Both the position numbers and the translations under genes were made by a program. Source: a virus (taxonomy: Duplodnaviria; Caudoviricetes). From it: a DNA stretch of 59,731 bases. The stretch is taken from positions 1-59,731 of IMG/VR virus record IMGVR_UViG_3300025121_000443; one strand, 5' to 3'. How positions within the stretch are numbered: the stretch's first letter is position 1; each line of letters begins with the position of its first letter. Shown in pieces: positions 10,086 to 20,117 of this stretch. Below the pieces are notes generated by a model. That model had not been told where the DNA came from, ran no database searches, and saw only the letters and a list, made by a program, of their open reading frames with translations.

Positions 10086-11546
10086 ATGGCAGGAACAAAT
10101 TTTTTAGCTGGTCAATCCTCTGTATGGGTTCAGCCTGACGGACCAAACACTGAACCAAAATATTTAGGATGCCACAGTGTCGGGGACATTCCGGAACCCA
10201 AAGGAGATTCAACAGTCCTATGGTGTCCAGATCCAGCTCAGGTTGGTAAGTTTGTCGTTAAGAATAGTTTCAAAGGTGAACCTGGAACTATCACAACTTC
10301 AATCGAAACTGATTTGAGAAAAACAGCAGATTACTTGGAAGATCTTGCTGCTAAGGGTTGTCCTTTTCCCTTGTATGTTCACAAGGTTTCTTGTGGACGT
10401 AGGGATGTATTTTCCAATTTTGATCGCTCATTTGTTCTTTCTGGTGTTGAAGTAACTTCGCAAAGTCTTGGAAGTTTAGCTTCAAGAAATCCAGCAGATG
10501 AAGGAGAATCAACTCAGTCATTCGATCTCTCTGTTAGAGAAGTTTTGCGTGTTTTCAATATGGAAACAGCTAGAATTTCTGTTGCAGAAACAGAAGATAT
10601 CATGGGAATTGCCGTTGCTGGAGAGAATGTTTGCGAAGGTGATTGTGGTGCAGCTCAAGACCCAGATGACTTCATGTTAGCCGTCACTAAAGCTCTTTCT
10701 GGTAGTGCAGCGAATACAGCAGATGTTCTCATGGCTCTAAATGGTGGAACATGGGCTGCTACTGCGGCTGATCCATTTGATGGTGGAGAGGATATTGCAG
10801 GTGCAATCGCATTCAAAATGTCCAGAACGGTAACAAGAATAATCGTTGCCAGAGGAACAACTGATGGAGCAAATCCGGCAGAAATTGCTTATTCAGACGA
10901 TCATGGTGCTACATGGACTACCGTCAATGTTGGTTCTGTAAATGGAGAATATGTTGCTTCTTCTCTGGCTTTATTCGGAGAGGATCGATATAATATCTGG
11001 CTTGGAACTGACGGTGGAAGAATTTACTTCTCTTCAGATGCTGGAGAAACTTGGACACTTCGTGAGAGTGCAGTTATTTCTGCGACTGACATTATGGCTA
11101 TCTCTATGGTAGATACTGAAGTTGGTTTTGCAGTCTATACTGGTGGTCAGGTTGCCAAAACAACTGACGGAGAAAACTGGTCAGCAACGACAGTTTCTGG
11201 TTCATCTGATGCTAATGACATTCATGGTATTTCCGAATACTTTGCGTGGGTTGCTGGAGCAGACGGATTGTATTACACCATGGACGGTGGAACAACTTGG
11301 TCAGTTAGAACAACCTACAATGCAGGAGCAATTGATTTCTACAATGAATTATTTGGAATCGCTGTCGGTGGTGCTGCGAATGGTAGTATCTGGATGACTC
11401 TAAATGGTGGATATGATTGGTTAGCTTTGCCAGCATTCACACATGGTGGTTTGACTGACGTAAGAATTGTATCTCCAAAATTAGCTTATTTCACTGGTTT
11501 GGCTTCTGGCGGAACAGGATATATTGGTAAGATTACGCCAGCTTAA
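10086..11546 (+). CDS. Major tail tube protein with C-terminal BNR/Asp-box beta-propeller
   Basis: RBS AAGGAG; precedes chaperone and tape measure; repeated SDDHGATW, SSDAGETW, TTDGENW, TMDGGTTW, TLNGGYDW Asp-boxes. Confidence 0.7.
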   Translation: MAGTNFLAGQSSVWVQPDGPNTEPKYLGCHSVGDIPEPKGDSTVLWCPDPAQVGKFVVKNSFKGEPGTITTSIETDLRKTADYLEDLAAKGCPFPLYVHKVSCGRRDVFSNFDRSFVLSGVEVTSQSLGSLASRNPADEGESTQSFDLSVREVLRVFNMETARISVAETEDIMGIAVAGENVCEGDCGAAQDPDDFMLAVTKALSGSAANTADVLMALNGGTWAATAADPFDGGEDIAGAIAFKMSRTVTRIIVARGTTDGANPAEIAYSDDHGATWTTVNVGSVNGEYVASSLALFGEDRYNIWLGTDGGRIYFSSDAGETWTLRESAVISATDIMAISMVDTEVGFAVYTGGQVAKTTDGENWSATTVSGSSDANDIHGISEYFAWVAGADGLYYTMDGGTTWSVRTTYNAGAIDFYNELFGIAVGGAANGSIWMTLNGGYDWLALPAFTHGGLTDVRIVSPKLAYFTGLASGGTGYIGKITPA

Positions 11547-11548
11547 TC

Positions 11549-11641
11549 GGGGAGCAATTTAGTTTCTGCTAAAATTAATTCGAATCCAAGGTTGAGAAAT
11601 AGGTAGCTCCCCACCTATTCTCAGCCTTGGATTTGGGGAGC
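11549..11641 (+). promoter_or_regulatory. Long hairpin with anti-Shine-Dalgarno loop upstream of tail chaperone
   Basis: Stem 11583-11604/11613-11633; loop GCTCCCC is complementary to GGGGAGC at 11549 and at 11635 (the RBS). Confidence 0.55.
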
Positions 11642-11645
11642 AAAA

Positions 11646-12224
11646 ATGACTAAGAATTTTAAAGATAAAAATGTTACGAAAGTGGTGAACATAAATGAAT
11701 CTGTATCTGAGATTTCATTTGTAAATTCCAGAGGAATAAGTGTAAAACTTAGACCTCTTCCACCATATCTAATTCAGATGGCTTCTACGGCTATCGATAA
11801 ACCAGAACCTCCAACCTACGTTGTGAAACTTGAGGGCGGAGGAGAGGAAATTCATACCCATGATCAAGAATCCATTCTTCAATCTTCTCAAGAAGAACAA
11901 ACGGAATGGAGTAAATATTTAGAGAAGGTCAGAGAAGCTGATCAGAAAGCTACTGAGGTTCTCATAAATGTAGTTCTTGTCGAGGGCGTAGAGGTTGAAA
12001 TTCCTGAACGAGAAAAATGGATAAAGAAACAAAAATTGATGGGTCTTCCTGTTCCAGAGGATGAAGACGAATTATTGCTTATGTTTAAGAAAACTCAGGT
12101 AATTGGAAATGATAAAGATATAGAGTTTATTATTCAAAGCGTAATGAAAATCGGAGGAATAACTGAGGAGGATCTGAAGTCAGTGAAGAACTCCTTTCAG
12201 GATAAGTTGGAATCCGACTCATAA
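11646..12224 (+). CDS. Tail assembly chaperone (gpG-like)
   Basis: Between tail tube and tape measure; ends next to slippery TCC TTT C. Confidence 0.75.
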   Translation: MTKNFKDKNVTKVVNINESVSEISFVNSRGISVKLRPLPPYLIQMASTAIDKPEPPTYVVKLEGGGEEIHTHDQESILQSSQEEQTEWSKYLEKVREADQKATEVLINVVLVEGVEVEIPEREKWIKKQKLMGLPVPEDEDELLLMFKKTQVIGNDKDIEFIIQSVMKIGGITEEDLKSVKNSFQDKLESDS

Positions 12225-12432
12225 TGAAACTGGTGGAACATCTCTAAGCAATCTTAAAATCGAAAAGAGCTCATGGGAATATTCTGAGCTCTACAGAGAT
12301 GTTCTTGTTGCAAAATATTGGAATCTAACTCCAGAGGAATTCTGGTCTAAATCTAAAATAGATAAAACTTTGATGATTGCGTTTGTTGAAACAGATAATC
12401 ATATGCAATCATTTGAACAGAATAAAGGATAG
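12196..12432 (+). CDS. Frameshift extension of tail chaperone (gpGT-like), +1 frame
   Basis: Frame open 12187-12432 with no early start codon; encodes ...AKYWNLTPEEFWSKS..., typical of gpT segments; ends 3 nt before tape measure ATG. Confidence 0.7.
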   Translation, partial: FRISWNPTHNETGGTSLSNLKIEKSSWEYSELYRDVLVAKYWNLTPEEFWSKSKIDKTLMIAFVETDNHMQSFEQNKG

Positions 12433-12435
12433 CTC

Positions 12436-15400
12436 ATGCCGATAGGATTATCTGCTCTTACCGCAGCTTCTTTCACAGAAATTGGCGTAAAAGCCGTCAT
12501 GGATTTATCGAATTATACAAAGAATACTACTACGTTCAAATCTGAACTAAAGAGTATGACAGACTTTGTGGATAAATTTGCTAAATCTATTTCTGGAAAA
12601 TTCGAGGAATCTACTGAAGAAGTAAATAAACTCGGTGATATGTTTCACCGAGTTGTCTCTATTGTTGGTGGTATTGTTATTGCTGACATGTTCAGAGGAT
12701 TCAATAGAGCTATTGGTGATGTGGTAGGACAAACTTTAGAAGCTGTAGATACCTTTCAGAAGTTAGAAATTCAATTAGAAACGATTGTTGCTAGAGATTT
12801 TGCCGTTCAAAATCAAATACCAGTTCAAGAAGCATTTGCAAAAACTTCTGGTTTGGCAGAAGATCTTTTGAACTGGGTTACTCAAGTTGCTGTTCAAACT
12901 CCATTCAGTGCTCAAAGTGTTGGTAAAGTTCTTGCTATGGGTCAAGCCTATGGATTCTCCACAGACATGGCTCAAAGAATGGTTATGACCGTAGGAGATT
13001 TCACGGCTTCAATGGGTGCTGGAAATGAAGTGTTGGAAAGAATTATTTATAACTTGGGTCAGATGTCTGCTGCTGGAAGACCAACTGGTCGTGAGTTAAG
13101 AGACCTTGCGAATAACTTTGTTCCAATCAATCAAATTGCTGATAGATTTGCAGAAAAGATGCAAATATCCAGAGCAGAAGTTTTGGATTTATTCAGAGAA
13201 GGAAAAATAGCTGCTTCTGAGTTTATTGAAGAATTCTTACTTTTGGTAGAAGAAACTGTTCCTGGAGCTATGATGAGATTGTCCAGAACATTTCAAACGG
13301 TAAGAACAAATCTTCAAGACTTAATTCAGATTATGCTTGGATTTAGACTTCTTGGACCGATCGCTAATCAAGTAGCAGAAGATCTTCAAGAAATGCTAGA
13401 ATCTTTGATGACAGATAGAACAGCTGATTTGATGGATAGTTTAGGACAGGCTCTATTATTCTCGTATACAAAAATGGGAGATATAGTTTCAAAGCAAGTT
13501 CAGCCAGCTTTTTCTAAATTATTCAGCACTCTTGGCGGTGCATTACCGACTATTGATAATATGCACGTTGGAATTTTACGATTTGCTGCTGGATTCACTG
13601 TACTTAATAAGCAAATGGCAGAAGGTGCTTCAGGAGTTGCCGATTTTATCCAGAGAGTTTTGAATTATTTTGGAACTTCTTTTGAACAGATAAAAGTGAA
13701 TATGCAAACATGGGGCAAAAATATAGTTTTATCATTTGCTCAGGGTATGGCGTCTGCAATTTCAGCAGTAATACAAGTTATCAATTTTATTGGTCAAGCC
13801 ATATCTAGACTATTGAAATCTAACAGTCCTCCGTTATTGCTTCCAGATCTAGAGGTCTGGGGTGCTAATGCTATGCTTGCATATATGGAAGGTTGGAGAA
13901 ATGCAGATTTTTCTGTCTTTGACGATATTGGAAATATATTAGAGAGCGCAATAGAATCTTGGGAAGGAAAAATTGGAGCAGAAGCTGTTATATTCAGAAT
14001 TCTTGGTTCAAAGAAAGCATTAGCAGATATCATAGAAGAGTATAGAAATTTTGGAACTATTTCTAGCTCTGCTATGGCTAATCTTACAAATGTTATTGGA
14101 ATAGCTTCTGAGCATATTGATCAGTTCATTCGCAAATCATTAGAATTGACTGATGTGGTATCTATACGAGAAGCTGTCCAAGATTTATGGGATTTCGAAG
14201 ATTTAGTCCCTGTAAATATATTTGGAGAAGTAGTTGATTCCTTCCAGGATATCGTAGATCTTGCGGGTAGATTTGGAGATGAGCTTTCTCAGTCTATTAT
14301 AAATTACGCAAGATCTTCTGAAAGACTGGTTTATATAAATGAAGAAATAGCCAGAACTCAAGAAGAAATAAATCAATCTACAGAAAAGTATGATGACTTG
14401 ATCGCTAGTCTTACCGCACAATTAAATCGTGTAAAAGATAGAAGTGAGGATATTTCTAGAATTGCTCAAATAGATCGTACTCTTAAGAAAGTTATTCTTA
14501 CAGCTACAGAACGAGAACGGTTAGAGCTTGAAAAGGAACAGATATTACTTGAGCGTCAAATTAGAATAGCTAAAGAACAAAGAGATGCAGAAGAAAAAGT
14601 AGGAGACGCTAAATTAGATGCTCTGAAAGATGAAAAAGATGAAGTAGAAGCTAAGTTAAAGCAGGAAAAGAAGTATATAAATGAAGTTTCTGAAGCAAAT
14701 GTACAGGCTTTAGAGAATGAACTAAAAGCTCTTGAAGATATCATAAATGCTCAGATAGAGCTTAATGAGCTTATTAATAGACAGGTGAATATAAAATTAA
14801 GTGGAGGAGGGGGAAGTGATATCTCTGGTCTAACGGATGATCTAGAAGATTTGATAGATCAGGCTCTGTTAGATGCTACGGAAGCATTAGACATAGAAGC
14901 AGAACTTCAAGCTATGTGGGATGAAATTTTAAAACAAGCAGAGGATTTTTGGAAAGAAATAGAGGAACCTTTCTTACCCCTAGGAGATTTATTCGAAAAT
15001 GCTTTACAAACTTGGAAAGATGTAATTGAGGATCCAACATTTCAAGCTGCGTGGACGAATTTTACAACCCAAATAGATGAAGGATTAAAGATTCTTACAG
15101 ATTTCTGGGATAGAGATGGAGAAAGTATTCTAAAAGCTATCGGAGATCTTTTGGGTGGAATATTCACCAATTTGTTTATTACTACAGAAGCTACAGGAAA
15201 AAGCGTCTTAGAATTATTAGGAGATTTATTCATATCTTTTGCAAATACCATTGATGAGCATGGAGAAGATATAACCTCATTTCTAAATGATTTCTCTACA
15301 TTTATAAATGAAACCACATTCGATAAGATCAAAGAATTTCTAGCAAATTTAGCTGAAACCTGGATTCCAGCTATCGGAGATTTTGCTTCTACAGCTGCTC

Positions 15401-17001
15401 CTATCATTCTGAAATTGCTAACTTTCATTGTTGATAATGCAGATACCCTTATAAAAGTATTTATAGCCAGTAGGCTTCTGAATGCTGCTTCTGGAGAGGT
15501 TTCCAATCAATTCAAGAAATCACTAACACTTGAAAGATATACTGAGGGATTTAAATCTCTATCAATTCTTGTTCCATTAGTTGCTATAGGAATTGGAGAA
15601 ATTGCAAAGAAGGGTAAAGAATTTTTAGAAGGAAAAGGGGTTGGAACATTTTTCGATGGAGTAAAAGAATCATTCAAAGGTATATTTACTGGAGACATGA
15701 TCGAAGAAAAGCAAATTCTAGGTCCAATAGACTGGAAAGCTACCGGAGAAGCTATATCTACTTGGTGGAATGAAGACGTCAAATCTATATTTACTGGAGA
15801 TATGATCGAGGAAAAACAGATAATAGAACCAATAGATTGGGAAGCCACAGGAGAAGCAATTTCTACTTGGTGGGATAAGTTATTTGGAGAAAATGGTACA
15901 CTTGTTACGGGACAAAATCAGTCTCAACAACAAATGGCTACATGGGCTCAGGATACCTATGGAACAAATAGTGAATTAAATACTCAACTTCAATTGGCTG
16001 GAACAAATCTAGAAACATGGTGGAATACTAATTTTGGAGAAGGTGGAATTGTTCCTACATGGTATCTCACATCTTCTGGACAAGCAACTGAGTGGATAAT
16101 GGGAATTTTTGGTGATGAAGGCTCAGTAAATACCTGGATGAAACAAGCTGGATTAGATATTGAATCTTGGTGGTCTACAAATTTTGGAGAAGGTGGAACA
16201 GTTCCTACGTGGTATATGACCTCTACCGGAAATGCTACCGATTGGATTATGGGAATTTTCGGTGAGGAAGGTGTTGTAAATACATGGATGGCTAATCAAG
16301 CTCTAAAAATTGGAGAATGGTGGGAAGGATTATTTGGAGAGGGAGGATCTGTTACTTTGTGGTTCAGCACTTCATTTACTGACTTTGAAACATGGATCAA
16401 AAGCATATTTGGAGAAGAAGGCGTTATAATGACGTGGCTAAAAACAGCTGAAACAGACATAGAGAATTGGTGGAATGGATTGTTTGGAGAAGATGGAACT
16501 ATATCTGGATGGTTTGATACCGTTATAACGAATTTCTCTACGTTTGGAGAGAATCTTATTCAGGGAATAATAGATGGAATTGCAGCGAAAGCCAGCAACT
16601 TATTCACTACGGTAAAGGATGTAGTCAAAGATGCTTTAGGTATTGCAGAAGCAGAATCTAAAACTGAATCTCCGTCAAAGAAATATATGGAATTAGGAAA
16701 GAACTGGATGAAAGGATTAGAGCAGGGCGTAAGAATAAACGCTATTCTTATAGACGATGTAATGAAAGATATTGTGGGCTCTTCTCTAGAAGCTATAAAA
16801 ATCATGCAAACAATGCAGAAAATGTTTATAATGAATCCATCTACGATAAATCCGTTATCAGGTTCTACCGTAGTTCCTGCAAAGACTACATACAATCATT
16901 ATACTACAGCAATAACTGTGAATCCTACATATGAAAATTATGCTTCTCCAGCTTCAATTTACTATGATGTGTCTGCTGCATTAGCTTCCTCAAGGAGATA
17001 G
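12436..17001 (+). CDS. Tape measure protein
   Basis: 1521 aa; N-terminal A..TPF...LGQM..AG...ELR.L domain; helical; Trp-periodic repeats; SPSK near C-terminus. Confidence 0.92.
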   Translation: MPIGLSALTAASFTEIGVKAVMDLSNYTKNTTTFKSELKSMTDFVDKFAKSISGKFEESTEEVNKLGDMFHRVVSIVGGIVIADMFRGFNRAIGDVVGQTLEAVDTFQKLEIQLETIVARDFAVQNQIPVQEAFAKTSGLAEDLLNWVTQVAVQTPFSAQSVGKVLAMGQAYGFSTDMAQRMVMTVGDFTASMGAGNEVLERIIYNLGQMSAAGRPTGRELRDLANNFVPINQIADRFAEKMQISRAEVLDLFREGKIAASEFIEEFLLLVEETVPGAMMRLSRTFQTVRTNLQDLIQIMLGFRLLGPIANQVAEDLQEMLESLMTDRTADLMDSLGQALLFSYTKMGDIVSKQVQPAFSKLFSTLGGALPTIDNMHVGILRFAAGFTVLNKQMAEGASGVADFIQRVLNYFGTSFEQIKVNMQTWGKNIVLSFAQGMASAISAVIQVINFIGQAISRLLKSNSPPLLLPDLEVWGANAMLAYMEGWRNADFSVFDDIGNILESAIESWEGKIGAEAVIFRILGSKKALADIIEEYRNFGTISSSAMANLTNVIGIASEHIDQFIRKSLELTDVVSIREAVQDLWDFEDLVPVNIFGEVVDSFQDIVDLAGRFGDELSQSIINYARSSERLVYINEEIARTQEEINQSTEKYDDLIASLTAQLNRVKDRSEDISRIAQIDRTLKKVILTATERERLELEKEQILLERQIRIAKEQRDAEEKVGDAKLDALKDEKDEVEAKLKQEKKYINEVSEANVQALENELKALEDIINAQIELNELINRQVNIKLSGGGGSDISGLTDDLEDLIDQALLDATEALDIEAELQAMWDEILKQAEDFWKEIEEPFLPLGDLFENALQTWKDVIEDPTFQAAWTNFTTQIDEGLKILTDFWDRDGESILKAIGDLLGGIFTNLFITTEATGKSVLELLGDLFISFANTIDEHGEDITSFLNDFSTFINETTFDKIKEFLANLAETWIPAIGDFASTAAPIILKLLTFIVDNADTLIKVFIASRLLNAASGEVSNQFKKSLTLERYTEGFKSLSILVPLVAIGIGEIAKKGKEFLEGKGVGTFFDGVKESFKGIFTGDMIEEKQILGPIDWKATGEAISTWWNEDVKSIFTGDMIEEKQIIEPIDWEATGEAISTWWDKLFGENGTLVTGQNQSQQQMATWAQDTYGTNSELNTQLQLAGTNLETWWNTNFGEGGIVPTWYLTSSGQATEWIMGIFGDEGSVNTWMKQAGLDIESWWSTNFGEGGTVPTWYMTSTGNATDWIMGIFGEEGVVNTWMANQALKIGEWWEGLFGEGGSVTLWFSTSFTDFETWIKSIFGEEGVIMTWLKTAETDIENWWNGLFGEDGTISGWFDTVITNFSTFGENLIQGIIDGIAAKASNLFTTVKDVVKDALGIAEAESKTESPSKKYMELGKNWMKGLEQGVRINAILIDDVMKDIVGSSLEAIKIMQTMQKMFIMNPSTINPLSGSTVVPAKTTYNHYTTAITVNPTYENYASPASIYYDVSAALASSRR
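15681..15873 (+). repeat. 105-bp (35 aa) tandem duplication inside tape measure gene
   Basis: IFTGDMIEEKQI..PIDW.ATGEAISTWW occurs twice, in frame. Confidence 0.85.
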
Positions 17002-17002
17002 A

Positions 17003-17923
17003 ATGATAGAGTTTAATTCCTATATAGCACCTAATGGCGACGAGTATCCTTTCGACACCGCTACTAGAGCTTTTCTTTCTGAGGAAGGTCTTGGGATGCC
17101 CCCTATAACTTATCTAACTCAGAAAAGTCCATCTCAGCATGGAGAAACAATAATTGGATATAGACTAAATCCTAGAACAATCCAATTGACAATGAGACAG
17201 AATGCTTGCTCAAGAGAAGATTATTGGACTAAAAGATCTTTGTTGTTAGGATTCTTGAAACCAAATAATCAACCCATAGGTTCTGGATCTTATGGAGCAT
17301 TAAGAAAGAAATTTCCTGATGGTTCTATGAGAGATATTGATGTAGTAATTGAACAAGGACCAATATTTCAAGCCAGAGATCTCACAAAATGGGATGAGTG
17401 GGGATTCACGGAAGCCTTACGATTTATTGCCCATGACCCTACTTTTTATGATCCAGTAGAGAAATCTTTATTGTTTGACAATTTAGACGAATTATCGGAA
17501 TCTTCGTTTTTAATATTTTCATTCTCATTTTCGTTTATTCTTGGGTCATATACGTCAGCAGCAATTGAAAATCTTACATATACTGGAACATGGATGGCTT
17601 ATCCTAGAATAGTTATCACAGGACCTGCTACGAATATGGTTATAACCAATATGACCACTTCTGAGATTATTGAAATCAATTATAATATAGCTGCTGGAGA
17701 AATAGTAACTGTTGACCTTGCATTTGGAAATAAAACTGTGGTAAATAATTCTGGAAGAGATTTATCGGGAATAGTTAGTTTACCTAGTAATCTTGATACA
17801 TTTCATCTGGCTCCAGATCCAGAAGCTACCGGAGGAGTAAATGAAATTTATATCAATTCTACAGGAATAGACATAAATTCTAGCGTAGAAATATTCTATA
17901 AAGAAAGATTTATAGGAATATAA
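17003..17923 (+). CDS. Distal tail protein (Dit-like)
   Basis: Follows tape measure; GLGMPP, PRTIQL, FIAHDPTFYD, YPRIVITGP motifs. Confidence 0.75.
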   Translation: MIEFNSYIAPNGDEYPFDTATRAFLSEEGLGMPPITYLTQKSPSQHGETIIGYRLNPRTIQLTMRQNACSREDYWTKRSLLLGFLKPNNQPIGSGSYGALRKKFPDGSMRDIDVVIEQGPIFQARDLTKWDEWGFTEALRFIAHDPTFYDPVEKSLLFDNLDELSESSFLIFSFSFSFILGSYTSAAIENLTYTGTWMAYPRIVITGPATNMVITNMTTSEIIEINYNIAAGEIVTVDLAFGNKTVVNNSGRDLSGIVSLPSNLDTFHLAPDPEATGGVNEIYINSTGIDINSSVEIFYKERFIGI

Positions 17924-17924
17924 C

Positions 17925-19064
17925 ATGCAAACATTGGATATTTCCTATACTGTAGTTCTTAGAAACGCTACATTCGGTATAGAAAAAGTATTTGACTCTA
18001 TATTTGGATTAGCTTACTCTAGAGAAATAAATGGAGTTGGATCATTCAATTTTTCTATAAATGGTCAAGATTCTAGAATTCCATTGTTTAAGCTAGACAA
18101 TATAATTGAGATAAGAAGAGGATTATTAGTTGCTGGACTTCAGAAATATACAGAATGTGTTGGTTTGGTACGAAAGACCAATTTATCTGTATCTAATCAA
18201 GGAGAGTATAATTTTGAAATTTCGGGCGTTGGATTAAATCATTTTCTCGAGAGAACGATTATAAATTATCCAGCTGCTACTATAAAATCTTATAAATTAG
18301 ATGCTTCAGAAACAGCAATGAAAGAATATGCAGAAGAAAATTGTGGAGTTTCTGCGATAACTGATGTAGGTTTTGAAAGAGATTCCTATGGTGTTCTTCC
18401 TAATTTTGTTGTTGATCCTTCTACCGGAGCTGGAATAGAGTGGGAAGGTGATCGGGCGTATGCGAATTTATTGGAAGTTCTAAAAGATATTGCCAATTAT
18501 TCAAGTATAGACTTCGAAGTTGTTTGGGATAGACAAGCTAAGTTATTCAGATTCAAAACATATCCAAATGGATATGGATCTGATAGAACGGTAATAGGAT
18601 TGAATAGAGAAACTGGTTTAAATGCTTCTGGAAATATTCCGGTTATATTTTCTCTTGATCGAGGAAATATTCAAGAAATAGAACATGTAGTTGATAGATT
18701 ATCGGAAACGAATGTGGTAACGGTATTGGGAGAAGGTGATGGTGCTACAAGAAACATAAAAGTTAGATCCAAAATAACTCAATATGATTCTTTGTGGAAT
18801 AGATGTGAATCTTCAAGATCCAAATCTGGATTTGAAAGTGAAATGGAAGTTGCCGGAGATGAATATCTTGAGGAATTAAAATATGTAGATAATATTACAT
18901 TCAAACCTCTATCTCAATTATCCACATTATATGGCAAACATTTTTTCCTTGGAGATAAGATCTCAATTTATTTCAATGGCTCAATTTATAATAGAAGAAT
19001 AGTAAAGGTAGATGCTTCCTATCAAGAAAAAGAAGATCTATCTTTTGAAATACAGGAATTTTAG
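17925..19064 (+). CDS. Tail hub/minor tail protein (ReqiPepy6 Gp37-like)
   Basis: NGVGSF, VIFS..RGNI, VLGEGDGA.R and YGKHFFLGDKI motifs; synteny. Confidence 0.7.
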   Translation: MQTLDISYTVVLRNATFGIEKVFDSIFGLAYSREINGVGSFNFSINGQDSRIPLFKLDNIIEIRRGLLVAGLQKYTECVGLVRKTNLSVSNQGEYNFEISGVGLNHFLERTIINYPAATIKSYKLDASETAMKEYAEENCGVSAITDVGFERDSYGVLPNFVVDPSTGAGIEWEGDRAYANLLEVLKDIANYSSIDFEVVWDRQAKLFRFKTYPNGYGSDRTVIGLNRETGLNASGNIPVIFSLDRGNIQEIEHVVDRLSETNVVTVLGEGDGATRNIKVRSKITQYDSLWNRCESSRSKSGFESEMEVAGDEYLEELKYVDNITFKPLSQLSTLYGKHFFLGDKISIYFNGSIYNRRIVKVDASYQEKEDLSFEIQEF

Positions 19065-19073
19065 GAGCGTATT

Positions 19074-20117
19074 ATGGCAGAAAAATCATGGTTTTGGGGA
19101 GGAACTACAGTAGGAGATGCTGGACCCTATAATGACGAGGAATTTTGCGATCTATTCAAATTTCTCATTCAAGGAGATCCTTCTACTCAAGGTCCAATTA
19201 AGAATGTATATAATGAATTAGCTGTTACCGCTGTGGATACGGACACTATTCAAATGGATACTGGAGCAGCTATGGTAGATGGACGATTGTATATAAATTC
19301 ATCTGCTCTGCAGAAAGATTTGGTGGATAGAGGAGTTGGTCTTCCGAATTATTATGTGTTAATTTTAAGAAAAGATTTTGACGCTCAAACTGTAACTGCA
19401 GAACTTCTTCTTGATGCAGCAGCTTATCCAGCAGTTACTCAGAATGATTCCAGTGAATGGGAAATTGCATTGTACAGAATTTTGGTTCCTGGCGGAGGAG
19501 AAGCTCTTGTAATAACAGATGTGAGAGATTTTTGTGCTTTCAATACTGTACTACGAGATAGTATTATAGATAGTGGAGATTCAATAGTAGATGGAGCTAT
19601 TCCAAGAGATAAATTAGAAGCAAAATTAGTGAAGGTATTAGTTCCTATAAATGCTAGTAATTTTGAAGGTCAAAATGCTATGTATCCAATTGCTTCTCCA
19701 GGATGGGGTTATGCTACATCAACTTCTGGATGGACGTGGTTTAAGGGATTTTATATTCTTCCAGATGACGTTGTTCCTAGCGGATTTTCTGCAGGAGTTG
19801 GCGTAAAATCTTATTCTTTATTTAGTTGTCATTTAGAAGAAGCATGGGATAGAACCATAGTTGCTTATTCTAATATACGAGCAGATAATATCGGAGCTGT
19901 TGGAAAAGAAGATGATACAGATGATTACGCAGCTATAGAATTGGATCCTTTGGAATTCAATTATATACATGAATTGGAAATAGAAGCTGCTGCTGGAGAT
20001 ATAATAACGTTGCATACTGCCAGAGCAGGTGCATATCTTGATGATACTCAATCATCTGCTGGACTTCTTGGCGTTGGTTTCTGGGGTTGGCTAATAGAAT
20101 ACTATGTGAGTGAATAA
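19074..20117 (+). CDS. Minor tail/baseplate protein
   Basis: GAAMVDGRLY.N, VTQND..WEIALYRI, ITDVRDF segments typical of baseplate upper proteins. Confidence 0.6.
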   Translation: MAEKSWFWGGTTVGDAGPYNDEEFCDLFKFLIQGDPSTQGPIKNVYNELAVTAVDTDTIQMDTGAAMVDGRLYINSSALQKDLVDRGVGLPNYYVLILRKDFDAQTVTAELLLDAAAYPAVTQNDSSEWEIALYRILVPGGGEALVITDVRDFCAFNTVLRDSIIDSGDSIVDGAIPRDKLEAKLVKVLVPINASNFEGQNAMYPIASPGWGYATSTSGWTWFKGFYILPDDVVPSGFSAGVGVKSYSLFSCHLEEAWDRTIVAYSNIRADNIGAVGKEDDTDDYAAIELDPLEFNYIHELEIEAAAGDIITLHTARAGAYLDDTQSSAGLLGVGFWGWLIEYYVSE

